A stretch of 44,317 nt of DNA, counting the filler, from Catajapyx aquilonaris (Eukaryota): assembly GCA_000934665.2 (NCBI GenBank). It is 2 parts of 2 records of this genome, joined end to end, with 100 filler letters (N's around TTAATTAATTAA, not from the genome) between each part and the next. Parts side by side here need not be neighbours in the genome. Positions count along the whole stretch, not along the records: positions 22,206 to 44,317 come from JYFJ02005923.1; 1 more part is not named here. The stretch is one strand, 5' to 3'. This document shows, in pieces, positions 25,161 to 36,020 of this stretch. The notes below the pieces were generated by a model. The model did not search any database and was not told where the DNA came from. It saw only the letters and a list, made by a program, of their open reading frames with translations. Both the position numbers and the translations under genes were made by a program. How positions within the stretch are numbered: the first letter of the stretch is position 1; every line of letters starts with the position of its first letter.

Positions 25161-26641
25161 ATCAGCGGGGGCCAGATCCTAGCTCCGGATCCTCCTCAGT
25201 CTCCTCTGGGAAGAAGCGGGATTAAAGGAATTTCAATACGTATAGTGTTGGGAAGCCATCTCAGCTTCCATCGTGACTGAAACGCCGAGAATTCAACAGA
25301 TTTATTGAGACAAAGGATGGAGGAAGGGGGGTCCGGAAGATGGCGGATTATTTTATTCTTCCGGGCTTGTCAGGAGCGCTGATGAAGATTCCGGGATATT
25401 TTTGGGGGGGCTGATAGGGACACTATAGGGCTACGTCATTTCCCAGCATGGCTTGCAGGCAGCCATCTTGCTTCAAACCAAAGCTGGGACCGCTGGGACT
25501 CACTCACAAACTGCCATTTCATGCCCATTCTGATATACAGTCAGGCCTTTCGACTATACGTAATGTACAAGATCAGCAGACCTCTATACTAGTGCAAACT
25601 GTGATTCTGGTCAATGGACAACTATAAGTACCGGCTTTTGGGCTTTCAGGAGAAGGGAAGTAAACCGTCGGATTGCTAGAGGGTATGCTTGAGAAGGACG
25701 GAGGAAGGGACTGAAACGGAACTACAGGATGTATCAAAAGTTTGGCCACCTCTAGGGGTTTGTATAAGCAGCTACTGTGGCAGAGTGGGAAGTGATGCAA
25801 AATCCGGCGAAGAAATGAATGGATTTATTTAACATAACCATATTATAGAGGAAAGTCGACTTTTCCTGAGAAAAAGCATCCCTTTTGGCTAAGAAATTGC
25901 TGGCGGACCCGCCAAATATAGATATTCACTATGATAACAGGCCATCGTGGATCATTTATTTCCAATAATAATACAATAATTGCATATATTGGATAGTTTC
26001 TGAGTCACAAACTTTGTATACACCCTGTATATTCTATCCTAATTATATGGGTCTCCATTGAAAAGCAAGCGGCTCTTGGTTACATGCATGAAGGCCACTC
26101 GCATAAGGCGCAAGGGGAGGGTTTGGACTGAGCCGGAGTCTGGAGGGGGAATAAGTTGAACCAAGTTGAATCGGTTTCCAAAGGATCAACTGCTTCCTTT
26201 GTTGGTGAATCCCCAATGGGGATCAACCATCTTGCGTGACGGGGAAATGGATGGGGGAACCTGCTCTTTTCCCCGGGTCATATTACTGCCCGGATTCGTG
26301 CATGAGTGTCATAGGATGGGGAAGTCAGGCCAGGAGAAAGACAGAGAGCACGTGGGGACTGGCTTTCAAGTTTTGCGCCCAAATATGTCATAGGCCCCTT
26401 TCGGCTGAGAGATGCTGCCGTGCAGTGTTGACGATCGAAGTGAACTGTCCGAAACATTTGGTAAACGTGGTAACGGGGAAAAGATATGATATTGACATCA
26501 CAATCTGCACACGCGGTGTATTAAAATCTCATGTCCGAACGGCATGCGTAATTTTGTACGGATTACGATACATGAGTGTATTAATAAATTCGGTAGGCCT
26601 ATACCAGTACTTATACAGGGTTGTTCAGCAAGGGAGGTATA

Positions 26642-28136
26642 AGCTGCTTATTTGGTAGCAGTCACTTTTGCCTAGTTACTTTTAATGGTTATCACAAGTA
26701 GACTATTAGTTGCTAATATTATGGTTACTAGTACCCATCCTTTTAAAAACCTGCAAGGGGTTCTGGCCTGCACATTGAGAGTATTGACGTGAGATGCCAA
26801 TTGCTCCAATGGGCCATTCCTAATGGGAAATACTCTGAAGTTCATAGGTTGAATGGATGATTCAGTTCGGCCTGATATTAGGTGCTAATACTTTTGATAA
26901 CTAATAAAAGTAGGCTAACTGCTAAAAGCAGCTTAGTGCAAAGACATAGTCATATGAGGCGAATAGTATTTTGGATCACCTTGCATATTATGATCGAAAA
27001 TTCATCACAATTAAGGTGGAAATGAAGCTAGAGTCACTCAATGAGAATTTTATGAAAAAAACATATGTTACGCAGTTTTGTGTCCTGTTATCAATGGTGC
27101 AAAGAAAAATACACGTCACCGTGCAAATTAGCGAACTAGAGGGCTCAGAAGTTCGCGATTTAACATGGGCCCTTATGGCAGAATTTTCAATAGTCCACAA
27201 AAAAATGATAAGCAAATGAGAATTTTAAAATTTAATGTGGAATATGTCGGGAATTATATACTGATCGTAACCGCAAAAAGAAAAACCTGCCTCACCGTGC
27301 TCTTTCAATTTGTATTGCTGAAAAACGATCCGAAAATGATCCAGTGACGTCACATTGCTACACTCGAGTGAGGACGTTTACGGAAGCGAGATACGGTTGC
27401 ATACGACCGCGAAATATGAGTGCAAGTTAGTATGATGGTTTTCACAATGGCTCACACAGGATTTTCGTTTGGCGGGGGTGTTTGTCAGACGTCAGAACCG
27501 TTATATTAGTTTATATAGTTATAATTATAATATAAAAATCGAATCATTCGAATCCACCCGGCAATGACGTCACATTGCTACGCGATAATTGGCCCGGACC
27601 TTTGCTGCGTTGCCGCTTCTATCTGTCACCCGCGTACCAATTGAACGTGTTCCAAATCCGACACAAATGAAGAGCTACAGACTCCCCTTTCGGAACTAAA
27701 CTTTTAAAAATGCCATGACAAATTGGGACCTCGTAATTACGACCGGATTAAATCGATTTCCATCAAAAATAAAAAATATTAAGCACACCTCCAAATACCA
27801 TGTTTAAGTTGGCAGTCGTGAAAATGGCGCCTGCGCACAAAAACTTGCCACCGGTAATGGGCCCATATTAAATCGAGTTTAAAAGGCAGATTCGAATGGA
27901 ATGCATAGGATTGAACAGCATTTACTGCTGCATCGGTTGCGTATGTTTCCCTGATTTTAGCCCTTCTTATTAACATTCCAATTCTAGACTCTCATTTGAT
28001 TAGCAAGTCGCTTCATTTCCACCTTAAGCACCTGAATGGATGCTTCAATCCAACTTAATACTCACACATAATATACTTAGAGCCATTAGAAGTAACTTCT
28101 AGAAAGTAACTGCTTGGTAGTTGGTAATAAGCAGCT
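26642..28136. mobile_element. TA-flanked MITE (TIR AGCTGCTTATT), host of a Kolobok-like insertion
   Basis: TA-AGCTGCTTATT ... AATAAGCAGCT-TA; internal sequence is homologous, in inverted orientation, to 32374-33403. Confidence 0.65.
27015..28023. mobile_element. Kolobok-like non-autonomous element A
   Basis: TIR GGTGGAAATGAAGC; TTAA duplication at 27011-27014 and 28024-28027; purine-purine termini rather than the piggyBac CCC. Confidence 0.8.
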
Positions 28137-28602
28137 TACTGCCTAAAATTGCTACTCACCATGGACAATTCAGATGGGACCGTGGTTCTTGGAAAGAAAA
28201 TCAAACTCTCAAATGAATTTTCCCCAACACTGTCGCAGACGAGTAGAAGGATTCAAGTCTGCAATAGACGAACACTGAGGCAGATTACTTAGGTTTACCG
28301 GTAATCAAGTTTACAAAAAAAAAATTAAATATCCAAATGAACTTAATCATAACCAGCATTTGACTGTGCTTAGCAGTCATTGCTCTGTGCGATTTCTCTG
28401 TTCGGCAAAAGACACTAAAAGCCTTTATTGTTACATCATTCCTCTCCACACTCTGTGTCCACTGTCCACTCTACCGAGTCTCTACCTTCTCTCTCTCTCC
28501 TCTGTTCTTCCCTTCCGGCCACCTCACCAGTCTCGCCGTCAGTGTTGCCAGGCACTTCCTGCCACGTCGCAGTCACACCCGGGCAAGCACCCGGGTCACA
28601 CC

Positions 28603-30099
28603 CATGGAGGAAGGAATACTATGGAGATGCGATGACGTCACGATTTGGGTTCCTGTTTTCCGCCCCGTTCCTTCCTCCAAGACTTTCCCGCCCGCCGCCA
28701 TCTTTCATTGCACACAGAAGCGCGGTAAGGATGGATCTGGGCATGGGGTCTGGGGTCTGGGCCACAATGAAGTCTGCTGGTGAGTTTCGAGCATGGAGGA
28801 AGGAATACTGTGGAGGTGGGGCCCCCTATCCCACCCATTATGGAAAATTGTACCCCTTAATCTGGAACTTGGAGGAAGGAACGGTCCAAGATCTGGAACG
28901 GCGGCCATCTTTCTAGGCACAGAAACTTGGGAGGAATGAGCGCGCATATGACTTGGAAGCAGGAATAGCGGGCGATAGCTGGCGATAGTCAAGTGACCGG
29001 ACGTCTGGATTTTTCCAGGACTGTCCTGAATTTCCACCCTGTGTCCCGGATTTTACCAAATACCATTCGGGACGCCGATATGCCCCAAATTCGGCCACGC
29101 TGTCATGGTTTAATAAATATTCATCATAATGAATTAGATGGTCATATTCTGTATTCCTATTGAAATACGCGATCGTGCTGGTTTATCTTTGGTAGGAAGA
29201 CAATGAGCTCCTTGTTTGACACTGATATATTTATTTCACATATTTCAAAACACATTTTCAATACAATGGGAATGTCTTGGTTATGCATATGGGAAGACTT
29301 GCAATTACTCAATCCCTGTTGCACATACATGTACTAAGCAGAACAACAAAGCTGATGTACTTATACTATTTTAACAAGATGTAACTAAATTTACTGACTC
29401 TTAAAATGTACCAATTTGGTCAACTGCTGTCGGATTTTATTGAAATGCAAACTGGAAGTAAATTGTTTTGCAGCGTGTGTTAATGGTAAGTTTATGTACT
29501 TCATTGCAATGGCACGAATGAGGTGGACCAAATGATTGTCTGGGCCCGACTGGTCTCTTGTATGCTGCTCCAGTTTTTGGAAGTAATTGCAAGTCTTCCC
29601 ATATGCATAATCAAGACATTCCCATTGTATTGAAAATGTGTTTTGAAATATGTGTAATAAATGTATCAGTGTCAAACAAGGAGCTCATTGTCTTCCTACC
29701 AAAGATAAACCAGCACGATCGCGTATTTCAATAGGAATACAGAATATGACCATCTAATTCATTATGATGAATATTTATTAAACCATGACAGCGTGGCCGA
29801 ATTTGGGGCATATCGGCGTCCCGAATGGTATTTGGTAAAATCCGGGACACAGGGTGGAAATTCAGGACTGTCCTGGAAAAATCCAGACGTCCGGTCACTT
29901 GACTATCGCCAGCTATCGCCCGCTATTCCTGCTTCCAAGTCATATGCGCGCTCATTCCTCCCAAGTTTCTGTGCCTAGAAAGATGGCCGCCGTTCCAGAT
30001 CTTGGACCGTTCCTTCCTCCAAGTTCCAGATTAAGGGGTACAATTTTCCATAATGGGTGGGATAGGGGGCCCCACCTCCACAGTATTCCTTCCTCCATG
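28603..30099 (-). mobile_element. P-superfamily (THAP9-like) non-autonomous element with an internal 518-bp foldback
   Basis: TIR CATGGAGGAAGGAATACT(A/G)TGGAG; 8-bp TSD GTCACACC (28595-28602, 30100-30107); inverted arms 28792-29309 and 29582-30099; transposase C-terminal remnant in the spacer. Confidence 0.88.
29391..29582 (-). pseudogene. P-element/THAP9-like transposase C-terminal remnant
   Basis: FQKLEQHTRDQSGPDNHLVHLIRAIAMKYINLPLTHAAKQFTSSLHFNKIRQQLTKLVHFKSQ* matches the NH...LI..I...Y...R..H.AK...IR..LTKL..FK.Q ending I recall for invertebrate THAP9-like transposases. Confidence 0.75.
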
Positions 30100-30377
30100 G
30101 TCACACCATAAGGTCACACCGCACGTTGCAACAGTTACCAGCCGGCACTTCCGGCCACGCTACATGTCTCTCCATCAAGGTTACCAGACACTTCCTGCCA
30201 CAGCACAGTCACACCGCACGTGGCAATGTGACTGTGACTGGCACCGTACAGAGAAATCATTGCAGGTGAGTCATGCGATTAGGATTACGGTACCTACGTT
30301 TCCGAATATGGTACAAGCAAGATGGATAAACCATGTCTATCCATCTTGGGTACAAGTACAGCGGTGGGTGTCCCGAT

Positions 30378-30412
30378 CTTAGACCATATATACCTGGTAT
30401 ATATGGTCTAAG
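30378..30412. mobile_element. Probable P-element excision footprint (17 nt + 1 + 17 nt)
   Basis: Perfect palindrome CTTAGACCATATATACC-T-GGTATATATGGTCTAAG flanked by the direct repeat GTCCCGAT. Confidence 0.75.
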
Positions 30413-30777
30413 GTCCCGATGCGATGACGTGGGAGGGGAGGGGAAGAGTGTTTTATTGTTTTATTTTATATTCTATATTACTCTTGCGGAGGATCCGTTC
30501 CAGAGTGATGTCAGTATGTCACACTCAAAATTGTTATTAATAATATCATATATTATAGCAAGAGCGATTATAGCTACTTTCGCATAAAATGCCATGATTA
30601 CCATGGATACGGAATTCCATGGCAACTGATTACTATAATATCAACAATGATTGATTGTTGTGGGGATTCGTTGTTTCCATATAGTAATGTTAACACAGTC
30701 ATTATCATGGCAACAATGACATGCACCTATATCAATGGTGCCATATGGTAACTGACCTGCTACAAGTATAGTTGGCC

Positions 30778-32212
30778 TAGTCCGTATCAATTCAGGCAGG
30801 GGGGTTACCTTCATAGTCTCAGATGTTTTTGAATTTAACATATGTTAAAATTCAGGCAAAGGTAAGAGACCCGTATTTTTTTGTTTTGTTCAAAAAAATT
30901 CCTGTCCCGAGATACAGGCCGCCAAAGATGGCGCCGCGGGCGCCATATTTCTCACTTGGGATTGTCGGCGAAATTTTGAAACGCTCTATCTCTGGAACGG
31001 TTAAAGATACTTTGTTGCGGGGTTTTTTATTTGAAAGATGATATTCCTCCGATTAAAATGATACCCTCCGTTTGAAAATATGTGTCCAAGTTCTCTTGCT
31101 GTAGCCTTTTGAATTTCTTTTTCGAAAAATCAAAAATAATTTTTTTTTTCAAAAAAGGCAATCCCAAAAATTTTGATTATCTGACTGTTGATTAGTACCA
31201 TAGAGTACTACATTCCCTGAAAAGGAGAGCTTCCACTTTTGAGTTTAACAGGTTTTATAAACAATGTTCATGTTTAAGCTTCCGTGGTAAATTTGGATTG
31301 GATACAAGATGGCTGGGGCCAGGATCCACACCGATCCACACCCTACTCATGTGAAAATATCAGTGGTAATGATCCTATTGGCTATTGATTGCGAACAACG
31401 TTGCAACCCATCCTTTGTGGTCCAACAGCACTTAATAAGTAAGCTTTTGTGAGGATTCCGCTGATCACGGTCTTAAAAGATTTAAATTTAAATAAAATGA
31501 AAAATGAAAAATTAAAATAAAATTAATAAAAATTAAATAAAGATTAAATTTTGGAAACTTTAGTATGCTTTGAAAGCTGTATCTGTAACTTATATTTATT
31601 AAGAATTAAAATGCCATGGCAAATAAGACTAGAGTTTGATTTCATGAGACCAATATGTGAGTATGTGTATAACGGAAATTGGTTTAATGTAGCCCTACAT
31701 GGCAAAATTTTCAATTGTTTATAAAACCTGTTAAACTCAAAAGTGGAAGCTCTCCTTTTCAGGGAATGTAGTACTCTATGGTACTAATCAACAGTCAGAT
31801 AATCAAAATTTTTGGGATTGCCTTTTTTGAAAAAAAAAATTATTTTTGATTTTTCGAAAAAGAAATTCAAAAGGCTACAGCAAGAGAACTTGGACACATA
31901 TTTCCAAACGGAGGATATCATTTTAATTGGAAGAATATCATCTTTCAAATAAAAAAAAACCCGCAACAAAGTATCTTTAACCGTTCCAGAGATACAGCGT
32001 TTCAAAATTTTACCGATAATCCCAAGTGAGAAATATGGCGCCCGAGGCGCCATCTTTGGCGGCCTGTATCTCGGGCCAGGAATTTTTTTGAACAAAACAA
32101 AAAAATACGGGTCTCTTACCTTTGCCTGAATTTTAACATATGTTAAATTCAAAAACATCTGAGACTATGAAGGTAAGATTTTCTCTTTGCCTGCCTGAAT
32201 TGATATGGACTA
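30778..32212. mobile_element. Long-TIR (about 490 bp) non-autonomous DNA transposon, Academ-like
   Basis: Arms 30778 to about 31265 and about 31714 to 32212 are highly similar in inverted orientation; TAG...CTA termini with GGCC on both flanks. The superfamily is inferred from the termini only. Confidence 0.7.
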
Positions 32213-32373
32213 GGCCAGTTATAATACCCTACCGGCCTACCATATAATAATTATATTATTAATTACAATTTTGAGTGTGACATCACTCTGGAACGGACCC
32301 TCCGCAAGAGTAATATAGAATATATAATAAAAACACTCTTCCCCTCCCCATCCCACGTCATCGCATCGGGACA

Positions 32374-33403
32374 CTGCTTATTACCAAGCAGTTACTTTCT
32401 AGAGGTTACTTCTAATGACTATAAATATATTATGTGTGAGTATATCAAAGTATTACTATCGGAAATTCATCACAATTATTATGATAAATTTCCGATCTTC
32501 ATATATAGGGTGATCCTAAATACTGTTCGCCTAATATGCCTGTGTTTTTTTTTTGCACCAAGCTGCTTTTACAGTTACTTGTGTTAGTTATTAAAAGTAT
32601 TAGCAACTAAGTATACTTATGACAACCATTAAAGGGACACTCCACTCAAAATACAAGTTGGCCCCCAAAAATCGGGCAAAAAAATACGATTCCAACGACA
32701 CCGATAATTATTTTTTCCGATGAACGATGAGCCCAGGGGAACCGGTTAATTATGCGTATTTTGGCGATACGGTTGCAACCGTATGCTACTGTACACGACA
32801 CCCTCGCCGCCTGGCGGCAGGAATGGGAAATAGAGGCGATGCGATGCCTGGCTCTGCCCGCGAATTCAAACCGGAACGTATTCGAACCGTATGCAACTGT
32901 TCACGACACCTGCGCCACCTATCGGCAGGAATTGAAAAATAGGGAGGTCATGCCGAGAATCCAGGGCCGGCGGCCGCAGGGGAGGTGCGAGGGCGCCGGG
33001 ATGGACTCTACCTGTGCCGGCCTCCGAAACATCACGGCCGTGCGAAACATCGGGTGCACTTACACACCCGACCTCATTAGTGACCTTTCTGTGGTACGCC
33101 ATCCTTCTCATCAGGTTCGGCTCGAAAGCGCTCGAAGCTGGCGCGCACGTGTGGCGCGCTTGTGTTGCCTAGCGCGCCTCGCGCGGCAGTTGTTTGTTGA
33201 GCACCGCCTCTACTTCTCCGGTTTGCCGCGAGATGCTGTAGTATCGCCCTTCTTAGCAGACGACGTGTGTAGATATATGATTTTCTGTGTTACCGTTGGG
33301 CGTAGAAAAAAACCGAGTGCACATTCGGAATCAGGATTTTTTGCCCAATTTTTGGGGGCCAACTTGTATTTGGAGTGGAGTGTCCCTTTAAAAGTAACTA
33401 GGC
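32374..33403. mobile_element. Second, inverted and truncated copy of the 26642 MITE family, host of Kolobok-like element B
   Basis: 32374-32445, 32490-32630 and 33388-33403 align to the reverse complement of 28055-28135, 26885-27010 and 26670-26720. Confidence 0.65.
32633..33387. mobile_element. Kolobok-like non-autonomous element B
   Basis: About 60-bp TIRs AGGGACACTCCACTC.AAATACAAGTTGGCCCCCAAAAAT; TTAA TSD; internal duplication of about 108 bp (32777 and 32885). Confidence 0.88.
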
Positions 33404-33781
33404 ATTCAACAATATCAATGGTGCTACCCTATATGGACTTATGTAACAGGCAGTTCAATTCCCGTCCTTCGTACGGGGTATGGCGTACGAGGTTGACGTT
33501 AGTATGGAAACAACGAACAGCAACAATCGATCACTGTTGATGTCATAGAAACCCCGTACCATAGTAATCCCGAACGGGTTTTGGAATGAGTGCGGAATGA
33601 AATGGGACAAACAAATGTACATTGTATGGTAACCCCGTTGCCATATACACCAATTACTATGGTAGCCCGTTTCCATGGTAACCCCCATTGCTATGGAGAC
33701 CCCCGTTGCTGTGGTAACTGGGCGTTATAGAGGGGAAGGGAAACGGGACATACCAACAAACTTTGCCTTTCTATAAATAGG
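33400..33781 (-). mobile_element. Helitron-like non-autonomous fragment with an X-box-like minisatellite
   Basis: The right end resembles the 5' end of the 37521-37826 Helitron (AAGTTTGT...GTCCC); shares CATGG(C/A/T)AAC-rich sequence with 5860-5970 and 30595-30755. Confidence 0.45.
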
Positions 33782-35801
33782 CGGTGTACGCCTGAAAGTG
33801 ACCACATCGGTACCTATTATGCTACAAGTTAGTTACATTTCTGTATGGTTGACACCATGCCAAGTACGACGTCATTAGTGCCCACACATGGGCTGATGTT
33901 CCCGATGTCCAGCCTAACAGTCTGCAATAAGGCTGTTTGGACAGTGTTTTAAAGATGAATGTGCCACAATGGAAACTTTACGCACTGAAACTTGCTTCAT
34001 TGTCCTACAGTATTTCTACTGGTTCAAAAGTTACAATTTCAAAGGAGGGAGTCGTGACCATCCCGAATGTTGCAATGAGTTTTTATTGTATTCTATTGCC
34101 TATACACTACACTGACAAAATCAGCCTTCCTTTTTCATTTTGAAATGGAATTCAAATTCATCAGTCTCTACATTATTATAACCTCAAAGGGAATGCATGA
34201 ATTCCAATTATAGAACGCCACTGCCGACATCCCACCTGCATCCCACCCTATGAACGGTATAGTACCGGTAGTCTATTGCTTTTCAAATAACGCGTCTTAC
34301 AAAAGATGACTGTAATAATTAATTCAATTTGTGCGAAAATGTCTCCAGGAAACTTTCAGAGGCCTCGACAATCCCAAATAATGCGACATACATAGACAAT
34401 GAGCCGATGCATCCTGTATATTAAAAGCAAGAAAAGGCAGCTTCAGCCATACCGTATCTTATCAAGGTAATTGGACAAAATGCGAGTCTGCAAGGTGACA
34501 GCTTATAGCTGGAACAATTTCCAGTCTCCATATGATGAGACGTATATCGCTTCTGAAATGGCAGCGTAGCGAAACGCAATCTGGAAGCAATTCACCCCCC
34601 TCCACCGCAACTGTGAACGGCCAGCACCGAGGCTATGGAGCGATTCAGATGGACCCCCTTTCCACCTCCTACTACCCACCCTACGACACAGAAACCCTGG
34701 TCCCCGAACCGACATTCCAGCCATGGGAAAAGGTCAGCGGACTGATAATTAGATTCTTGGAAGCCTTCATTTGGGACACAGTGCAGCGTCCGAGTAGGTT
34801 CGCATCCACCTTTTCGACAGAAGGGTCATTAGCCCGGGACCCAATTCCTGAGTCCTACCCACCCCCTGCAGAGCGATGCTACTTGTGGTGACAATACCTA
34901 CGTTGCAAGCTTCAGGTTGCACATGAAATGCAGGAACCTATAGGCCAGTTACGCAAGCAAATTCAGAAAATAATGATGGCGACCTGGGGCATGTCGGAGC
35001 GTGTCGGAGCTTGTCGGAGCTTATCGGGGAGCCTGGCTGAAAGCGAAGGAGAAAATGGTGGCAAAAGGACTCAAACTGCCGTTTTCTCGCACGTGGAGTT
35101 CTTTATTGGATTTGTCCTAGGTGATGGAAGCGAAAATAGTCAGGCCAACGTGCCTTTCTGACCCAATGAATGGGAACAGACAGTAAAGGCTAGCTTACTG
35201 CCACATAGGCGGGGCTCCACGCCAAGGGTGGTTCACTTTCCAGCCTCCAAAATGTTACTTACGTAGTTAGTTTGGACAATCACCTGATTTATTACTCGCA
35301 AAAGGGACAGAAGGCAATTAGGTTTGTGGGTTACCGTCGTGAGCAAAATGAGCGAGAGTGCAGATGGGCCAAATATGGCGACACTCATGCGACATAATGG
35401 GGGGAAAAAATTGCATTTTTTTTTTGTCCTTAGCGTTGCCTCGGCGTTTTTTCATGACAGTACATAACATCAATAGGATTTTGAGCAGAAGCTCCAGGGA
35501 ATTGAATTATTGAAAAATCACGGATCGGGAGAAAGGGGAACGGTGATGTCTTTTTTTTTTTTGGCCAAGACAACGTGCCTACATTTGGATTTTGGCAACT
35601 CGATTTGAAGTGGAGGAGCTATTGTGCTCTCAGTGTGGATCTTTATCAAATGACATGGCGAGATTATGCGTAAATACTGTATGTATATATATTTTTACGA
35701 AAACATGAGAACCTACCTGGCACTACAGGTCGCGGGGCATATGACCGATAGATGGTGCAGGAATTGCTACAGTAGCCTATAGATTGCGCTATTACACATA
35801 C

Positions 35802-36020
35802 AGGGTGTCCACAATGAACCCCCCCTATATAGTTTCAACTTGTTACCATTATGCAAGTTACTGGACCATGGTGTCGAAATGGTACAAATGAGAAGGGACA
35901 CCCATCAAGTTTATGTTTAAAAAAAATCAGTAGCCTTCCTATGCTCCTTTAGTAGCAAGCACAATTTTAATCTGATAACCTCCCTCTCCCGAGGTTCTCT
36001 CCAGCATGTCAGGGGTGAAT
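35802..36020. mobile_element. One-ended Tc1/mariner fragment
   Basis: TA-CAGGGTGTCC terminus; minus-strand TPDMLER peptide near 35990-36020. Confidence 0.4.

Larger units (their letters stand above)
30368..32374. mobile_element. Unclassified element with about 120-140-bp inverted ends, host of the footprint and of the Academ-like element
   Basis: GTGTCCCGATGCGATGACGTGGGA...CACACTCAAAATTGT (30368 to about 30545, minus the footprint) is the reverse complement of about 32255-32374. Confidence 0.65.

Noticed and set aside
28705..30111. Duplicated small ORFs on opposite strands (61, 85 and 110 aa)
   Set aside because: They are by-products of the 518-bp inverted arms; no coding signal.
30823..32158. 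Paired ORFs starting MFLNLTYVKIQ
   Set aside because: They are translations of the two arms of the long-TIR element.
33070..33120. Hammerhead-like CTGATGA...GAAA on the minus strand
   Set aside because: Stem II does not close next to the core, and no stems I or III were found.
32752..33540. Longest ORF in the window (262 aa)
   Set aside because: It lies in GC-rich Kolobok-like element B, reads through its TIR and TSD into other repeats, and has no recognisable domain.
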